Shown: positions 46,691 through 58,843 of the stretch, one piece after another
Numbering within the stretch: the first letter of the stretch is position 1
How the letters are laid out: each line of letters begins with the position of its first letter
Source of the DNA: Chloroflexota bacterium
GTDB taxonomy: Bacteria > Chloroflexota > Dehalococcoidia > UBA2247 > RBG-13-53-26
Reading direction: 5' to 3'
NCBI GenBank assembly: GCA_016875915.1
Contig: VGOM01000010.1
Location: 959-64,958 of the forward strand
Length of the DNA: 64,000 bases
Translations under genes and position numbers: made by a program
The notes under the pieces: generated by a model
What the model was told of the DNA's origin: nothing
The model's input: only the letters and a program-made list of their open reading frames with translations
Database searches by the model: none

Positions 46691-47128
46691 ATGACAAAGC
46701 CACTCATCGGTCAGGAGATCGCCCGGCAGATCAGCGGCGGGGTACCGCAGTCCGTGGTGGACTCCGGTCAGTCCTGGGTGCTGGTCCAGCCGGAGTCGGT
46801 CCTCCAGGTGGCCCGATACCTGAAGACCACCCCCGGCCTGGAGTTCGACTACCTCACCTGTCTCACCGGCACGGACTACCTGGACTACATTGAGGTGGTC
46901 TACATCCTGACCTCGATGAAGCACAACCACAGCGTGGTCCTCAAGACGCGCTGCAACCGGGAGAAGCCTGAGGTGCCCTCGGTGGTGGAGCTGTGGCGGG
47001 GCGCTGACTTCCAGGAGAGGGAGGTCTACGATCTCCTGGGGGTGAAGTTCGCGGGACATCCCAATATGAAGCGCCTCTTCCTCTGGGAGGGGTTCAAGGG
47101 GCATCCGCTGAGGAGGGACTACCTCTGA
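46691..47128 (+). CDS. nuoC: NADH-quinone oxidoreductase subunit C
   Basis: W..A...EREVYDLLG..F.GHP...R......F.GHPLR.D. Confidence 0.94.
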   Translation: MTKPLIGQEIARQISGGVPQSVVDSGQSWVLVQPESVLQVARYLKTTPGLEFDYLTCLTGTDYLDYIEVVYILTSMKHNHSVVLKTRCNREKPEVPSVVELWRGADFQEREVYDLLGVKFAGHPNMKRLFLWEGFKGHPLRRDYL

Positions 47129-48819
47129 TGCCCAAGCCCGAGCTGGTGCTCCTCCACGCCCCGAGCAACTACGACTTCCGGGAGAGGTCCATCGTCTATG
47201 GTCCCATAAGTGATGTCATCCCCTCCACGCCAGTGTTCGAGATGTACCCCATCGGTTTCATCAGCATCGCCGGCTACCTGGAGAAGGCGGGAGTGGCCAC
47301 CAGGGTGGTGAACGTGGCCAACAGGATGCTCACCGAGCGGGGCTTCAACGTGGAGCGCTTCCTGAGCAAGCTCCGTCCCGTGGCCTTCGGCATCGACCTG
47401 CACTGGCTGCCTCATGCCCAGGGCAGTCTGGAGCTGGCCAAAGTGGTGAAGAAGCTCCATCCCTCGATACCGGTGATCTTCGGCGGCTTGTCGGCCAGCC
47501 ACTTCTACCGGGAGCTGATGGAGTACCCCCAGGTTGATTACGTGGTCCGGGGTGATTCCACCGAGGAGCCGGTGCTCCAGCTGATGAGGCGGATCAAGAG
47601 CGGCGCCCCGGTGGAGGACGTGCCCAACCTGAGCTGGAAGGACAAGCAGGGTGCCGTGCACCACAACGAGCTGTCCTACGTGCCGGCCAATCTGGACGAT
47701 CTGCCCCTGGACTACGCCTATCCGGTGAGGTCAGTGATCAGGTACCGCTCCCTCTCCGGGATGCTGCCCTTCAACAACTGGCTGGATTATCCGGTGACTG
47801 CGGTGTTCACCTGCCGGGGCTGCAGCCTCAACTGCCACTCCTGCGGCGGTTCGCGTTTCGCCTTCAAGGGCGTGTGCAACCGGGACGAGGTGGCCTACCG
47901 CAGTCCCCAGATGCTGGCCGAGGATATCCACAGCATCCAGCGCTACCTCAGAGGGCCGGTGTTCATCATCGGGGACATCCGGCAGGCCGGCGAGGACTAC
48001 GCCGACAGGTTGCTGGCCGCCATGAGCAAGAGAGGGGTCCACGGCCCCATCGTCCTGGAGCTCTTCTCGCCCGCGGGCAGGGACTTCTTCGACAAGGTGA
48101 GGAAGGTCATTCCCCACTTCAATATCCAGATGTCCGTGGAGTCGCATGATGAAGAGGTCCGCCGGGCCTTCGGCAAGGGCTGGCGGAACGCCGACGTCGA
48201 GGAGACCATGAAGCTGGCCATCGAGAGCGGCTGCCGCAGGTTCGACCTGTTCTACATGATCGGCCTGGCCAGGCAGGACGCCGTCTCGGTGATGGATACC
48301 GTGCGGTACACCGGGAGCCTGCTGAAGGAGTTCGGCGGCAAGAGCGGGCTGCACCCTCACATTTCGCCGCTGGCGCCCTTCATCGACCCGGGGAGCCAGG
48401 TCTTCGACAGGCCGGAGGACTATGGGTACCGGCTGTTCTACCGGACGCTGGAAGAGCACCGCCAGGCGCTGCTCTCACCGGCCTGGAGCCAGATGCTGAG
48501 CTATGAGACCAAGTGGCTCAGCCGGCAGGAGATCGTGGATGTCACCTATGAGGCGGCCGTACGCTTCAATCAGATCAAGAGGATGAACGGCTTGGTCAGC
48601 CGTCAGGTGGCCGAGCGGGTGGAGTCGAGGATCAAGAAGGACCAGGTGCTGATCGCCGAGATCGAGAGGCGGGCCCGGGACCACGGCCGGGAATCGTGGG
48701 CCGAGGGAGAGAAGGAGCTGAGCCTGGCGGCGACCTGCCTCAAAGAGGAACTGCAATGGCCGGCGCGGTCATTTCTGCGTAGCATGCCGAGGATAATATG
48801 GAGCCTGTGCCGAGCGTAA
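47128..48819 (+). CDS. cobalamin-binding radical SAM protein (TIGR04190/Ta0216-like)
   Basis: HAPS.YDFR...[20 protein letters not shown]-terminus; B12-domain motifs GIDLHW..H and GGLSA...RGD; [11 protein letters not shown] CxxxCxxC; PF.DPGS. Confidence 0.88.
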   Translation: MPKPELVLLHAPSNYDFRERSIVYGPISDVIPSTPVFEMYPIGFISIAGYLEKAGVATRVVNVANRMLTERGFNVERFLSKLRPVAFGIDLHWLPHAQGSLELAKVVKKLHPSIPVIFGGLSASHFYRELMEYPQVDYVVRGDSTEEPVLQLMRRIKSGAPVEDVPNLSWKDKQGAVHHNELSYVPANLDDLPLDYAYPVRSVIRYRSLSGMLPFNNWLDYPVTAVFTCRGCSLNCHSCGGSRFAFKGVCNRDEVAYRSPQMLAEDIHSIQRYLRGPVFIIGDIRQAGEDYADRLLAAMSKRGVHGPIVLELFSPAGRDFFDKVRKVIPHFNIQMSVESHDEEVRRAFGKGWRNADVEETMKLAIESGCRRFDLFYMIGLARQDAVSVMDTVRYTGSLLKEFGGKSGLHPHISPLAPFIDPGSQVFDRPEDYGYRLFYRTLEEHRQALLSPAWSQMLSYETKWLSRQEIVDVTYEAAVRFNQIKRMNGLVSRQVAERVESRIKKDQVLIAEIERRARDHGRESWAEGEKELSLAATCLKEELQWPARSFLRSMPRIIWSLCRA

Positions 48820-49934
48820 GCCTGGACATGGAACTGAAGACTGAGCCCTTTGTGCTCAACATGGGGCCGCAGCATCCCTCGACGCATGGCGTCTTCCGGA
48901 TGAGGGTGACCCTGGACGGCGAGGTGGTCGTGGGGCTGGAGCCGGTCTTCGGCTATCTGCACCGGGGGATAGAGAAGCTGGCCGAGACCCGGACCTACAC
49001 CCAGGTCATCCCCCTGACGGACAGGCTGCTGTACCTCAGCTCCATGGCCTGCAATCATGCCTATGTCCGGTCGGTGGAGAAGCTGGCCGGGATCAAGGTC
49101 CCCGAGAGGGGCGAGTACATCAGGGTGATCATCGATGAGCTGATGCGCATCTCCAGCCACCTCATGGCTGTGGGCTTCTTCCTCAACGACCTGGGCTGCT
49201 CGGTGTATACCCCGCTGCTCTACATGTACCGGGAGAGGGAGAAGATCCTGGACATGTTCGAGATGGTCTGCGGCCAGCGTCTGACCTACAATTACATGCG
49301 CATCGGCGGCGTGAGCAACGATGTCCCCGAGGAATTCATGCCGATCCTGAAGCGGTTCGTGGCCGAGATGCCCCACTATATCGATGAGTACGAGCAACTC
49401 CTGGCCCAGAACGAGATCCTCCTGGCCCGGACCAAGGGCGTGGGCATTCTGCCCCGGGACCTGGCCATCAACTCCTCGGCCGCCGGTCCGGTGCTCCGGG
49501 CCAGCGGGGTGAAGTGGGACATCCGGAAGGCCGATCCCTACTCGGTCTACGACCGCTTCGATTTCGAGGTGCCCATCGGCGAGGTGGGCGACAACTACGA
49601 CCGCTACCGGGTGAGGATCATGGAGATGCACCAGAGCCTGCGCATACTGGAGCAGGCCATGAAGCAGTTCCCGGCCGGGGAGGCCAATGCCAAGGTGCCC
49701 CAGTTCCTCCGGCCTCCGGTGGGCGAAGCCTACGGACGGGTGGAGACACCGCAGGGCGAGATGGGCTTCTACCTGGTCTCGGACAACTCCATCGCCCCCT
49801 ACCGGATGCACATCCGGCCCCCGGCGCTGCTCAATCTCACTGCGCTGCGGGACATGGTCATCGGCTGGAAGGTGGCGGACGTCATCGCCACCTTCGGGAG
49901 CATTGATATCGCCATGGGAGAGGTGGACCGCTGA
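48798..49934 (+). CDS. nuoD: NADH-quinone oxidoreductase subunit D
   Basis: [33 protein letters not shown]-terminus; no NiFe CxxC motifs. Alternative start 48828. Confidence 0.96.
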   Translation: MEPVPSVSLDMELKTEPFVLNMGPQHPSTHGVFRMRVTLDGEVVVGLEPVFGYLHRGIEKLAETRTYTQVIPLTDRLLYLSSMACNHAYVRSVEKLAGIKVPERGEYIRVIIDELMRISSHLMAVGFFLNDLGCSVYTPLLYMYREREKILDMFEMVCGQRLTYNYMRIGGVSNDVPEEFMPILKRFVAEMPHYIDEYEQLLAQNEILLARTKGVGILPRDLAINSSAAGPVLRASGVKWDIRKADPYSVYDRFDFEVPIGEVGDNYDRYRVRIMEMHQSLRILEQAMKQFPAGEANAKVPQFLRPPVGEAYGRVETPQGEMGFYLVSDNSIAPYRMHIRPPALLNLTALRDMVIGWKVADVIATFGSIDIAMGEVDR

Positions 49935-51040
49935 TGGCGCCCATCAACTTCTGGGTTCTGGACAACTTCTGGGCCCATCTGGCCCTCTTCGGCATAGCCA
50001 TCATCGCCTTCGTCCTGCTCATGGTGATGGTCTTCATCTGGTTCGAGCGCCGGGCCTTCGGTCCCTTCCAGCTGCGCCGGGGTCCCAACCGGGCCAGTCC
50101 CTGGGGGGCGCTGCAGCCGGTGGCCGACGCCATCAAGGTGCTGCTGAAAGAGGACATCGTGCCCGCCGTGGCCGACAAGTGGGTCCACTTCATCGCCCCC
50201 ATCATCGGCTTCCTGCCGGTGCTGCTCATCTTCGCCGTGGTGCCCTTCCACAGAGGACACGGGCTGCTGCCGGACATGAACATCGGCATCCTCTACGTGG
50301 TGGCCATCAGCGCCCTGGGCGTGGTGGGCGTGTTCATGGCCGGCTGGGCCTCGGGCAACAAGTACTCGCTGCTGGGGGGGATGCGGGTCATCGCCCAGAT
50401 GGTCAGCTACGAGGTGCCCCTGGTCCTGTCCATCATCAGCGTGGTGCTGGTGGCCGGGACGCTGTCCATGAACGGGATCGTGGCCGCGCAGGAGGTACCG
50501 TACTTCCTGCTCATGCCCCTGGGCTTCATCATCTTCCTCATCGCTGCCATGGCGGAGATCAACAGGGGTCCCTTCGACCTCCTGGAGGCGGACTCGGAGA
50601 TCGTGGCCGGCTTCCATATCGAGTACTCCGGCATGAAGTTCGCCATGTTCTACCTGGCGGAGTACGGTCATGCCCTGGCCATGTCGGCCATCGCCGCCAC
50701 CCTGTTCTTCGGAGGGTGGAAAGGGCCGGGGGACGTGTACCTGGGGATCCTGTGGTTCCTGCTGAAGATCTTCTTCATCTTCTTCCTGCTCATCTGGGCC
50801 AGGGTGACCTTCCCCCGTCTGCGGGTGGACCACCTGATGGGGTTCGGCTGGAAGTTCCTCTTCCCGCTGGCGCTGGCCAACGTGTTCATCATGGCGGCAG
50901 AGGTCATCTTCTGGGGCGGCGCTGATGGCGGAGTCCCCTGGTGGGTCATCTTCGTCAACTTCCCCGCCGCCATAGCCCTGATCTACCTGTGGTCGAGGCT
51001 GTTCAAATTCGGAGGAGGCAGAGTTGACGTCACGGCTTGA
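49934..51040 (+). CDS. nuoH: NADH-quinone oxidoreductase subunit H
   Basis: ERR...Q.R.GPN, QP.AD.IK...KED, AQM.SYE, E.NR.PFD..EA.SE, PR.R.D. Confidence 0.96.
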   Translation: MAPINFWVLDNFWAHLALFGIAIIAFVLLMVMVFIWFERRAFGPFQLRRGPNRASPWGALQPVADAIKVLLKEDIVPAVADKWVHFIAPIIGFLPVLLIFAVVPFHRGHGLLPDMNIGILYVVAISALGVVGVFMAGWASGNKYSLLGGMRVIAQMVSYEVPLVLSIISVVLVAGTLSMNGIVAAQEVPYFLLMPLGFIIFLIAAMAEINRGPFDLLEADSEIVAGFHIEYSGMKFAMFYLAEYGHALAMSAIAATLFFGGWKGPGDVYLGILWFLLKIFFIFFLLIWARVTFPRLRVDHLMGFGWKFLFPLALANVFIMAAEVIFWGGADGGVPWWVIFVNFPAAIALIYLWSRLFKFGGGRVDVTA

Positions 51041-51530
51041 CGGGTCCGGCCTGGGGCTGCTGAAGGGGATGGCTATGACCTTCAAGCACCTCCTGCGGCC
51101 GCGGATCACCACCCAGTACCCGGAGGAGAGGCTGACGCTGTCCAAGCGGTTCCGGGGCTACACCATGGTGTGGGACAGGGAGCGCTGCACCGGCTGTGCC
51201 ACCTGCGCCAAGAGCTGCCCCCAGGGCAACATCGAGATCGTCACCTCCAAGGGCGCCGACAACGCCTACGTGGTGGAGAAGTTCGAGCTGGACAGCGGCC
51301 GGTGCATCTTCTGCGGCCTGTGCGTGGAATCCTGTCCCTACGATGCGCTCTTCCTGGGCATGGAGTACGAGTGTTCCAGCTACCGGCGGGGGGAGCTGGT
51401 CCTGTCCAAGGAGAAGCTGCTGTATACCCCTGACAAACAGCGCAGCGCCTACGCCCGGCCCAAGCTGGAGCCGGCCCTGCCGCGGCAGACGCTGCTGATA
51501 GAAGGGGACAGGGGGAGCAAGAAACGATGA
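51024..51530 (+). CDS. nuoI: NADH-quinone oxidoreductase subunit I
   Basis: T.QYPEE; two ferredoxin motifs CTGCATCAKSCP and CIFCGLCVESCP. Confidence 0.94.
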   Translation: MTSRLDGSGLGLLKGMAMTFKHLLRPRITTQYPEERLTLSKRFRGYTMVWDRERCTGCATCAKSCPQGNIEIVTSKGADNAYVVEKFELDSGRCIFCGLCVESCPYDALFLGMEYECSSYRRGELVLSKEKLLYTPDKQRSAYARPKLEPALPRQTLLIEGDRGSKKR

Positions 51531-52015
51531 GCCTGGATGTGGCCTTCTGGATCCTGGCGGCACTCTGCGTGGGCACGGCGCTGGCGGTGATCTTTGCGAA
51601 GGATATTTTTCATGCCGCCCTCTTCCTGATTGTGTGTTTCTTCGGAGTGGCCGGAATTTATGTCACCTTGAACGCCGACTTCCTCGCGGCGGTCCAGGTG
51701 CTGGTCTACATCGGGGCGGTGTCGGTGCTTCTCATCTTCGGCATCATGTTGACCAGGGATCCCAGCAAGGGCAGTCCGGCGGGGAAGCTGAGGCTTCCGG
51801 CCATCGTGGTAGCCCTGGCCCTCATGGGGGTGATGATCGGCTCCATGATCACCTTTGACTGGCAGACCACCGCCGATACCAGCAAAATGGTCAGCACCGA
51901 AGAGATCGCCGGGCTGCTGTTCGACGAAAACGGTTATGTCATGACCTTCGAGATCGCCGGATTGATGCTTCTGGCCGCCATAGTGGGGGCCATTGTGCTG
52001 GTGAGGAAGGAATGA
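51527..52015 (+). CDS. nuoJ: NADH-quinone oxidoreductase subunit J
   Basis: A.FL.A.QV.VY.GA..VL..F..ML and FE.....LL.A.VGA. Confidence 0.93.
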   Translation: MSLDVAFWILAALCVGTALAVIFAKDIFHAALFLIVCFFGVAGIYVTLNADFLAAVQVLVYIGAVSVLLIFGIMLTRDPSKGSPAGKLRLPAIVVALALMGVMIGSMITFDWQTTADTSKMVSTEEIAGLLFDENGYVMTFEIAGLMLLAAIVGAIVLVRKE

Positions 52016-52341
52016 TGTCAGTCGGCCTGGAACACTACCTGGTACTGTCCGCCGTCCTCTTCTGCATCGGGCTCTACGGGGCCCTGGTGAAGCGGAACAC
52101 TGTGGTCATCCTGATGTGCATCGAGATCATGCTCAATGCGGTGAACATCGCCCTGGTGGCCTTCGCCAGGTACCTGGTCCCGGAACCCCCCGACCCAGTG
52201 GTGTATTCAGGACAGATCTTCGTCATCTTCGTCATGGTGGTGGCGGCGGCCGAGGCGGCGGTGGGCCTGGCCCTGATCGTGTCCATCTACAGAAGCCGCC
52301 GCACCGTGGACGCCACTGAAATCGATCTGATGAAGGGATAG
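52012..52341 (+). CDS. nuoK: NADH-quinone oxidoreductase subunit K
   Basis: LF.IG..G, E.MLNA.N, GQ.F, AAAEAAVGLA. Confidence 0.95.
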   Translation: MMSVGLEHYLVLSAVLFCIGLYGALVKRNTVVILMCIEIMLNAVNIALVAFARYLVPEPPDPVVYSGQIFVIFVMVVAAAEAAVGLALIVSIYRSRRTVDATEIDLMKG

Positions 52342-52346
52342 CCGAG

Positions 52347-52540
52347 ATGTGGGTTGAGGTGAAGACCGCGCCGAGCCTGATGCTCGCCGAGATGTGGAAG
52401 GAGTTCTTCGAGGGTGAGGGCATACCCACCCGGATACTGATCCATCCGGAGAGCAAGACCCTGGGCGAAGGGGCGATGTACCGGGTCCTCATCCCCGAGG
52501 AGAAGGACCACGTGGTCCGGGAGATACTGAGGAAGGTCTG

Positions 52541-52541
<1 letters not shown>
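52347..52541 (+). CDS. small soluble protein (DUF2007/PII-like) inside the nuo operon
   Basis: W..V.TA....AEM.K...E.EGIP...RVL.PEE....ARE-type pattern; TGATG overlap with nuoL. Confidence 0.7.
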
Positions 52542-54541
<2,000 letters not shown>

Positions 54542-54606
54542 GCGAGAGAAGTTTGAACAGAGGCGAAGTGCTTGAGAATCGGAACGGCGGTGTGAGGAGC
54601 TAGAGC

Positions 54607-56091
54607 TTGGAGTTCGCTGATTTCTATCCTCTATCACTGATCATCTTCCTGCCCGCTGTCGGGGCGCTGCTCATTGCGGTCATCCCCGGACTGGACTCGG
54701 GTGGGGTCAAGCGGATCGCCGCCTTCTTCACCTTCTGCTCCTTCGCCCTGTCCCTGGCCATGTTCTGCCTCTTCGACCGGAGCAGCAGTGCCTACCAGTT
54801 CGTGGAGAGTGTCTCCTGGATCCCGCAGATCAACATCAACTACCACATCGGCGTCGACGGCCTGAGCATGCCCCTGGTGATTCTGACCACCCTCCTGGGC
54901 TTCCTCTCGGTCTTCGTCTCCTGGAGGATCGAGCTGCGGCCGAAGGAGTACTTCGCCTGGCTGCTCATCCTGGAGTCGAGCATCCTGGGCGTGTTCTGCT
55001 CCCTGGATCTCCTGCTGTTCTTCCTCTTCTGGGAAGTGGAGGTCATCCCGATGTACTTCCTGATCTCCATCTGGGGCGGGGGCAGGAGGGCCTACTCGGC
55101 CATCAAGTATGTCATCTACACCATGTTCGGCGGGGCCATGATGCTGGCCGGCATCCTCACCCTGTACGCCACCACGGGCACCTTCGACATGACGGTGCTG
55201 GCCGGGACCGACTTTGCCGATCTGGTGGCCGTGATCCCGCTGGCGGCTATCTTCTGGCTGCTGATCACGGCGTTCCTGATCAAGCTGCCGGTCTTCCCGC
55301 TGCATACCTGGCTGCCTGACGCCCACACGGACGCCCCGACGGCGGTCAGCGTCATGCTGGCCGGGTCGCTGCTGAAGATGGGCGGCTACGGCATGATCCG
55401 CATCTGCGTCACCGTCTTCCCCGACGTGGCCCGGGACTACGCGCACCTGCTGGTGATACTGGCGGTGATCGGCATACTGTACGGCGCAGCGGTGACCATA
55501 AAGCAGACCGACCTGAAGAGGCTGATCGCCTACAGCAGCGTCAGCCACATGGGCTACGTGCTGCTGGGGGTCTTCGCCCTGTCGGACCTGAGCATCACCG
55601 GCGCCTGCTTGCAGATGTTCAGTCACGGCATGGTCACGGGACTGCTCTTCGCCATGGTGGGCCTGGTGTATGACAAGACCCACACAAGGAGCATCCCCGA
55701 GCTGGGCGGTCTGGCCAGGCAGATGCCGATCATAGTGGCGGTGTTCAGCGTCGCAGGGCTGGCGTCACTGGGTCTGCCGGGCACCAGCGGATTTGCGGCG
55801 GAGTTCATCGTCTTCCTGGGCAGCTTCACCAGCACGGCGGTGGCCGGGATCAAGATCTACACCCTGCTGGGCGCTCTGGCCATCGTGGTCACCGCGGGCT
55901 ACATCCTGTGGATGCTGGAGCGGGTGTTCTACCGGGAGCCGAAGCCGAAGTACGATGGCGTGCCGGACGCCAATAAGCTGGAGATGGCCTACATCTTCAC
56001 CTTCGTGGCCGTGATCATGCTGGTGGGCATCTACCCCAGGATCCTGACTGACGTAATCGACTCCTGGCTGCCGACCATGCCTTTGCCGTGA
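54607..56091 (+). CDS. nuoM: NADH-quinone oxidoreductase subunit M
   Basis: GVDGLS, FF.FWE...PMY, K.P.FP.HTWLPDAH..APT, LLKMGGYG, KRLIAYSSVSHMG. Confidence 0.96.
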   Translation: MEFADFYPLSLIIFLPAVGALLIAVIPGLDSGGVKRIAAFFTFCSFALSLAMFCLFDRSSSAYQFVESVSWIPQININYHIGVDGLSMPLVILTTLLGFLSVFVSWRIELRPKEYFAWLLILESSILGVFCSLDLLLFFLFWEVEVIPMYFLISIWGGGRRAYSAIKYVIYTMFGGAMMLAGILTLYATTGTFDMTVLAGTDFADLVAVIPLAAIFWLLITAFLIKLPVFPLHTWLPDAHTDAPTAVSVMLAGSLLKMGGYGMIRICVTVFPDVARDYAHLLVILAVIGILYGAAVTIKQTDLKRLIAYSSVSHMGYVLLGVFALSDLSITGACLQMFSHGMVTGLLFAMVGLVYDKTHTRSIPELGGLARQMPIIVAVFSVAGLASLGLPGTSGFAAEFIVFLGSFTSTAVAGIKIYTLLGALAIVVTAGYILWMLERVFYREPKPKYDGVPDANKLEMAYIFTFVAVIMLVGIYPRILTDVIDSWLPTMPLP

Positions 56092-56120
56092 GGAGAATGA
56101 CTTGTGATGGGAGTAGCTAG

Positions 56121-57587
56121 TTGAACTACCATCTGCTCATCCCGGAGATGTGCCTCGCCGGCACAGCCATAGCGGTCATCCTGCTTGACCTGGTCATCGC
56201 CAGGAAGGGGATACTGCAGATGGCCAGCATCGCCGCGCTGATCGCCGCCATCGTGGTCAGCGCCGCCCTGTGGGGCAAGGCGGACCCGGACATCTTCAAC
56301 GGCCTGCTCCGGGCGGACCAGTTCGCCATCTTCTTCAAGGTGCTTTTCTCCGGCGCGGCCATCCTGGTGCTGCTGACCACCAAGGACTACGTCTCGAAGA
56401 TCGCCCGCTTCCAGGGTGAGTACTACGCCCTGATCCTCCTCTCGGTGGTGGGCATGATGCTCATGGCCGCCTCCAGGGACCTGATCACCATCTACGTCTC
56501 GCTGGAGCTGACCAGCATCTCCCTCTATGCGCTGGTGGGCTTCCTGAAGGACCCCAAGTCCAGCGAGGCCGGACTGAAGTATCTCCTCCTCGGGGCGGTG
56601 GCCTCGGCCATACTGCTCTACGGCATGGCCCTGATCTTCGGCATCACCGGAGAGACCCGCCTGGCGGAGATCGCCGCGGCGGTGCCCGCGGGGCGGATCT
56701 GGGACAATCCCCTGCTGCTCCTGGGAGTGATGTTCATGATCGGCGGCTTCGGCTTCAAGATCGCCACCGTCCCCTTCCAGATGTGGGTCCCCGACGTCTA
56801 TGAAGGGGCGCCCACCACGGTCACCGCCTACCTGTCGGTGGCCAGCAAGGCGGCCGGCTTCGCGGTCATCCTCCGGGTGTTCCTGGAGGCCTTCGGCGGG
56901 GACATCCTGCCTGACTGGGCCATGATCTTCGCCGTGCTGGGGGCCATCTCCATGACGGTGGGCAACGTCATCGCCATCTCCCAGACCAACGTCAAGCGCA
57001 TGCTGGGATACAGCAGCATCGCCCAGGCCGGCTACCTCATGGTGGGCCTGGCGGCGGCCACCAGGGTTGACGGGGCCAACGACCCCGTCCTGTTCGGACC
57101 CACGGGACTGGTCTTCTTCCTGGGCTGCTATGCCCTGGCCAACCTCGGCGCGTTCATCGCCATCATCGCCATCACCAACAAGACGAAGAGCGATGCCATC
57201 GACGACTTCGCCGGCATGGGCAGCCGGGCCCCGGTGATCTCGCTGGCGCTGACCCTGTGCCTCATCTCCCTCACCGGAGTCCCGCCCACCGCCGGGTTCC
57301 TGGCCAAGCTGTACCTGTTCAATGCCGCGGTGCACCACGACCTGGTCTGGATGGTCATCGTGGGGGTGATCAACAGCGCCATCTCGGCCTACTACTACCT
57401 CCGCGTGGTCAAGATGACCTGGTTCGGCACCCCGGCGTCAGCCGAGGGCGTGCCCTCCAGCCTGGCGCTCCGCCTGGCCCTGGCCGTGGCCTGCGCCGGG
57501 GTCCTGGCCCTCTTCTTCTACCCCTCGCCCCTCCTCGACGTGGCGAGGGACGCCGCCCAGTCGGTGGCCGGCGCGGTCCTGCCGTAA
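56121..57587 (+). CDS. nuoN: NADH-quinone oxidoreductase subunit N
   Basis: EAGLKY...G, FKI..VPF..W.PDVYEGAP, KRML.YSSI..AGY, G.PP..GF..K. Confidence 0.96.
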   Translation: MNYHLLIPEMCLAGTAIAVILLDLVIARKGILQMASIAALIAAIVVSAALWGKADPDIFNGLLRADQFAIFFKVLFSGAAILVLLTTKDYVSKIARFQGEYYALILLSVVGMMLMAASRDLITIYVSLELTSISLYALVGFLKDPKSSEAGLKYLLLGAVASAILLYGMALIFGITGETRLAEIAAAVPAGRIWDNPLLLLGVMFMIGGFGFKIATVPFQMWVPDVYEGAPTTVTAYLSVASKAAGFAVILRVFLEAFGGDILPDWAMIFAVLGAISMTVGNVIAISQTNVKRMLGYSSIAQAGYLMVGLAAATRVDGANDPVLFGPTGLVFFLGCYALANLGAFIAIIAITNKTKSDAIDDFAGMGSRAPVISLALTLCLISLTGVPPTAGFLAKLYLFNAAVHHDLVWMVIVGVINSAISAYYYLRVVKMTWFGTPASAEGVPSSLALRLALAVACAGVLALFFYPSPLLDVARDAAQSVAGAVLP

Positions 57588-57704
57588 GACCCCCTGCCGG
57601 AGATCCCTTCTGCATTCCCCCGGACGCAGCACTGTTCCTGCTGAGACGGCCGTGTCGGTTTCGATGGAGAAGTGCTAGAATACTCTCAGCAGGGAGACGG
57701 CGGT

Positions 57705-58811
57705 TTGGTCAGACTGAAGTACGCTCTGGGCATTCTTCTGCTGCTGGTGCTGGCCTCCAGCGCCGGCCACGGCTGCGTCTTCTTCGAGAGCGGCAGCAGC
57801 CCCGCTGACGCCTCGGGCACCCCCATCTGCACTGACTGGACACCGGCCTACATCGACGATGAGGTGGGCCCGCCTTTCGACGAGGCGGATCTGGTGGACA
57901 GGCTGGCCCCCACGGTGGTGTCCATCATCACTGAGAAGCGGAGCTACGACCGGTTCTTCCGTCCCGTGCCGGAGACCGGCGCGGGGAGCGGGGTGATCAT
58001 CGACGCCCAGGGCTTCATCGTCACCAACGAGCATGTGGTCCGGGACGCCCAGCAGCTGGAGGTCTACCTCAGCGACGGACGGAAGTACGAGGCCGTGGCC
58101 TGGGTCAGGGATGCGGCCACTGACCTGGCGGTGGTCCAGATCGAGCCCGACGAAGACCTGCCCTACGCCCATTTCCTGAGCAGCTCCCTGACCAAGCTAG
58201 GGCTGATCGAAGATGTGGTCGCGGTGGGCAATGCCCTGGCCCTGCCCGGTGGGCCGACCTGGACCAAGGGGGTGGTCAGCTATCTGGGGCGGTCCATTGA
58301 GGTCACCGGCGGTACGGTGCTGGACGACCTCATCCAGACGGACGCGGCCATCAACCCCGGCAACAGCGGCGGGCCGCTGGTGAACATGGCCGGCCAGGTG
58401 GTGGGCATCAACACGGCCATCGCCGAAGGGGCGGAGAACATCGGCTTCGCCATCAGCACCGACACAGCCATTTCGGTGGTCAACGACCTGATCACCAGGG
58501 GCTTCGTCTCCTGCGCCTACCTGGGGGTGAGAATGCTCAGCGTCACCCCGGCGGTGAAGGAGGAATACAGCCTCTCGGTGGACTCCGGGGCGCTGGTGGT
58601 TGAGGTGGTCTCCGGAAGCCCGGCGGATGACGCCGGTCTGAGGGCGGACGACGTGATCATCGAGTTCGCCGGCACCGACGTGGCCGATGCCGATCAGCTC
58701 CGGGCCCTGATCAGGAGCCGCAATGTGGGTGACCGGGTGGCCATCACCTACGTCCGGGGGCAGTCCACCTTCACCACTCAGGCCACCCTGGTGCTCCGGC
58801 CGTCCACGTAG
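57705..58811 (+). CDS. HtrA/DegP-family serine protease with one PDZ domain
   Basis: N-terminal signal/lipoprotein-like segment; GSGVI, TNEHVV, DLAV, IQTDAAINPGNSGGPL; PDZ SPA..AGL. Confidence 0.93.
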   Translation: MVRLKYALGILLLLVLASSAGHGCVFFESGSSPADASGTPICTDWTPAYIDDEVGPPFDEADLVDRLAPTVVSIITEKRSYDRFFRPVPETGAGSGVIIDAQGFIVTNEHVVRDAQQLEVYLSDGRKYEAVAWVRDAATDLAVVQIEPDEDLPYAHFLSSSLTKLGLIEDVVAVGNALALPGGPTWTKGVVSYLGRSIEVTGGTVLDDLIQTDAAINPGNSGGPLVNMAGQVVGINTAIAEGAENIGFAISTDTAISVVNDLITRGFVSCAYLGVRMLSVTPAVKEEYSLSVDSGALVVEVVSGSPADDAGLRADDVIIEFAGTDVADADQLRALIRSRNVGDRVAITYVRGQSTFTTQATLVLRPST

Positions 58812-58843
58812 GGGACTGCGGCCGCAGCCCTCCTTTCTCTACT

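Noticed and set aside
46063-49934. Group 4 [NiFe] hydrogenase
   Set aside because: The NuoD homolog lacks both CxxC Ni-binding motifs and has complex I signatures (HPSTHG, GEVDR); NuoB has the tandem CC motif.
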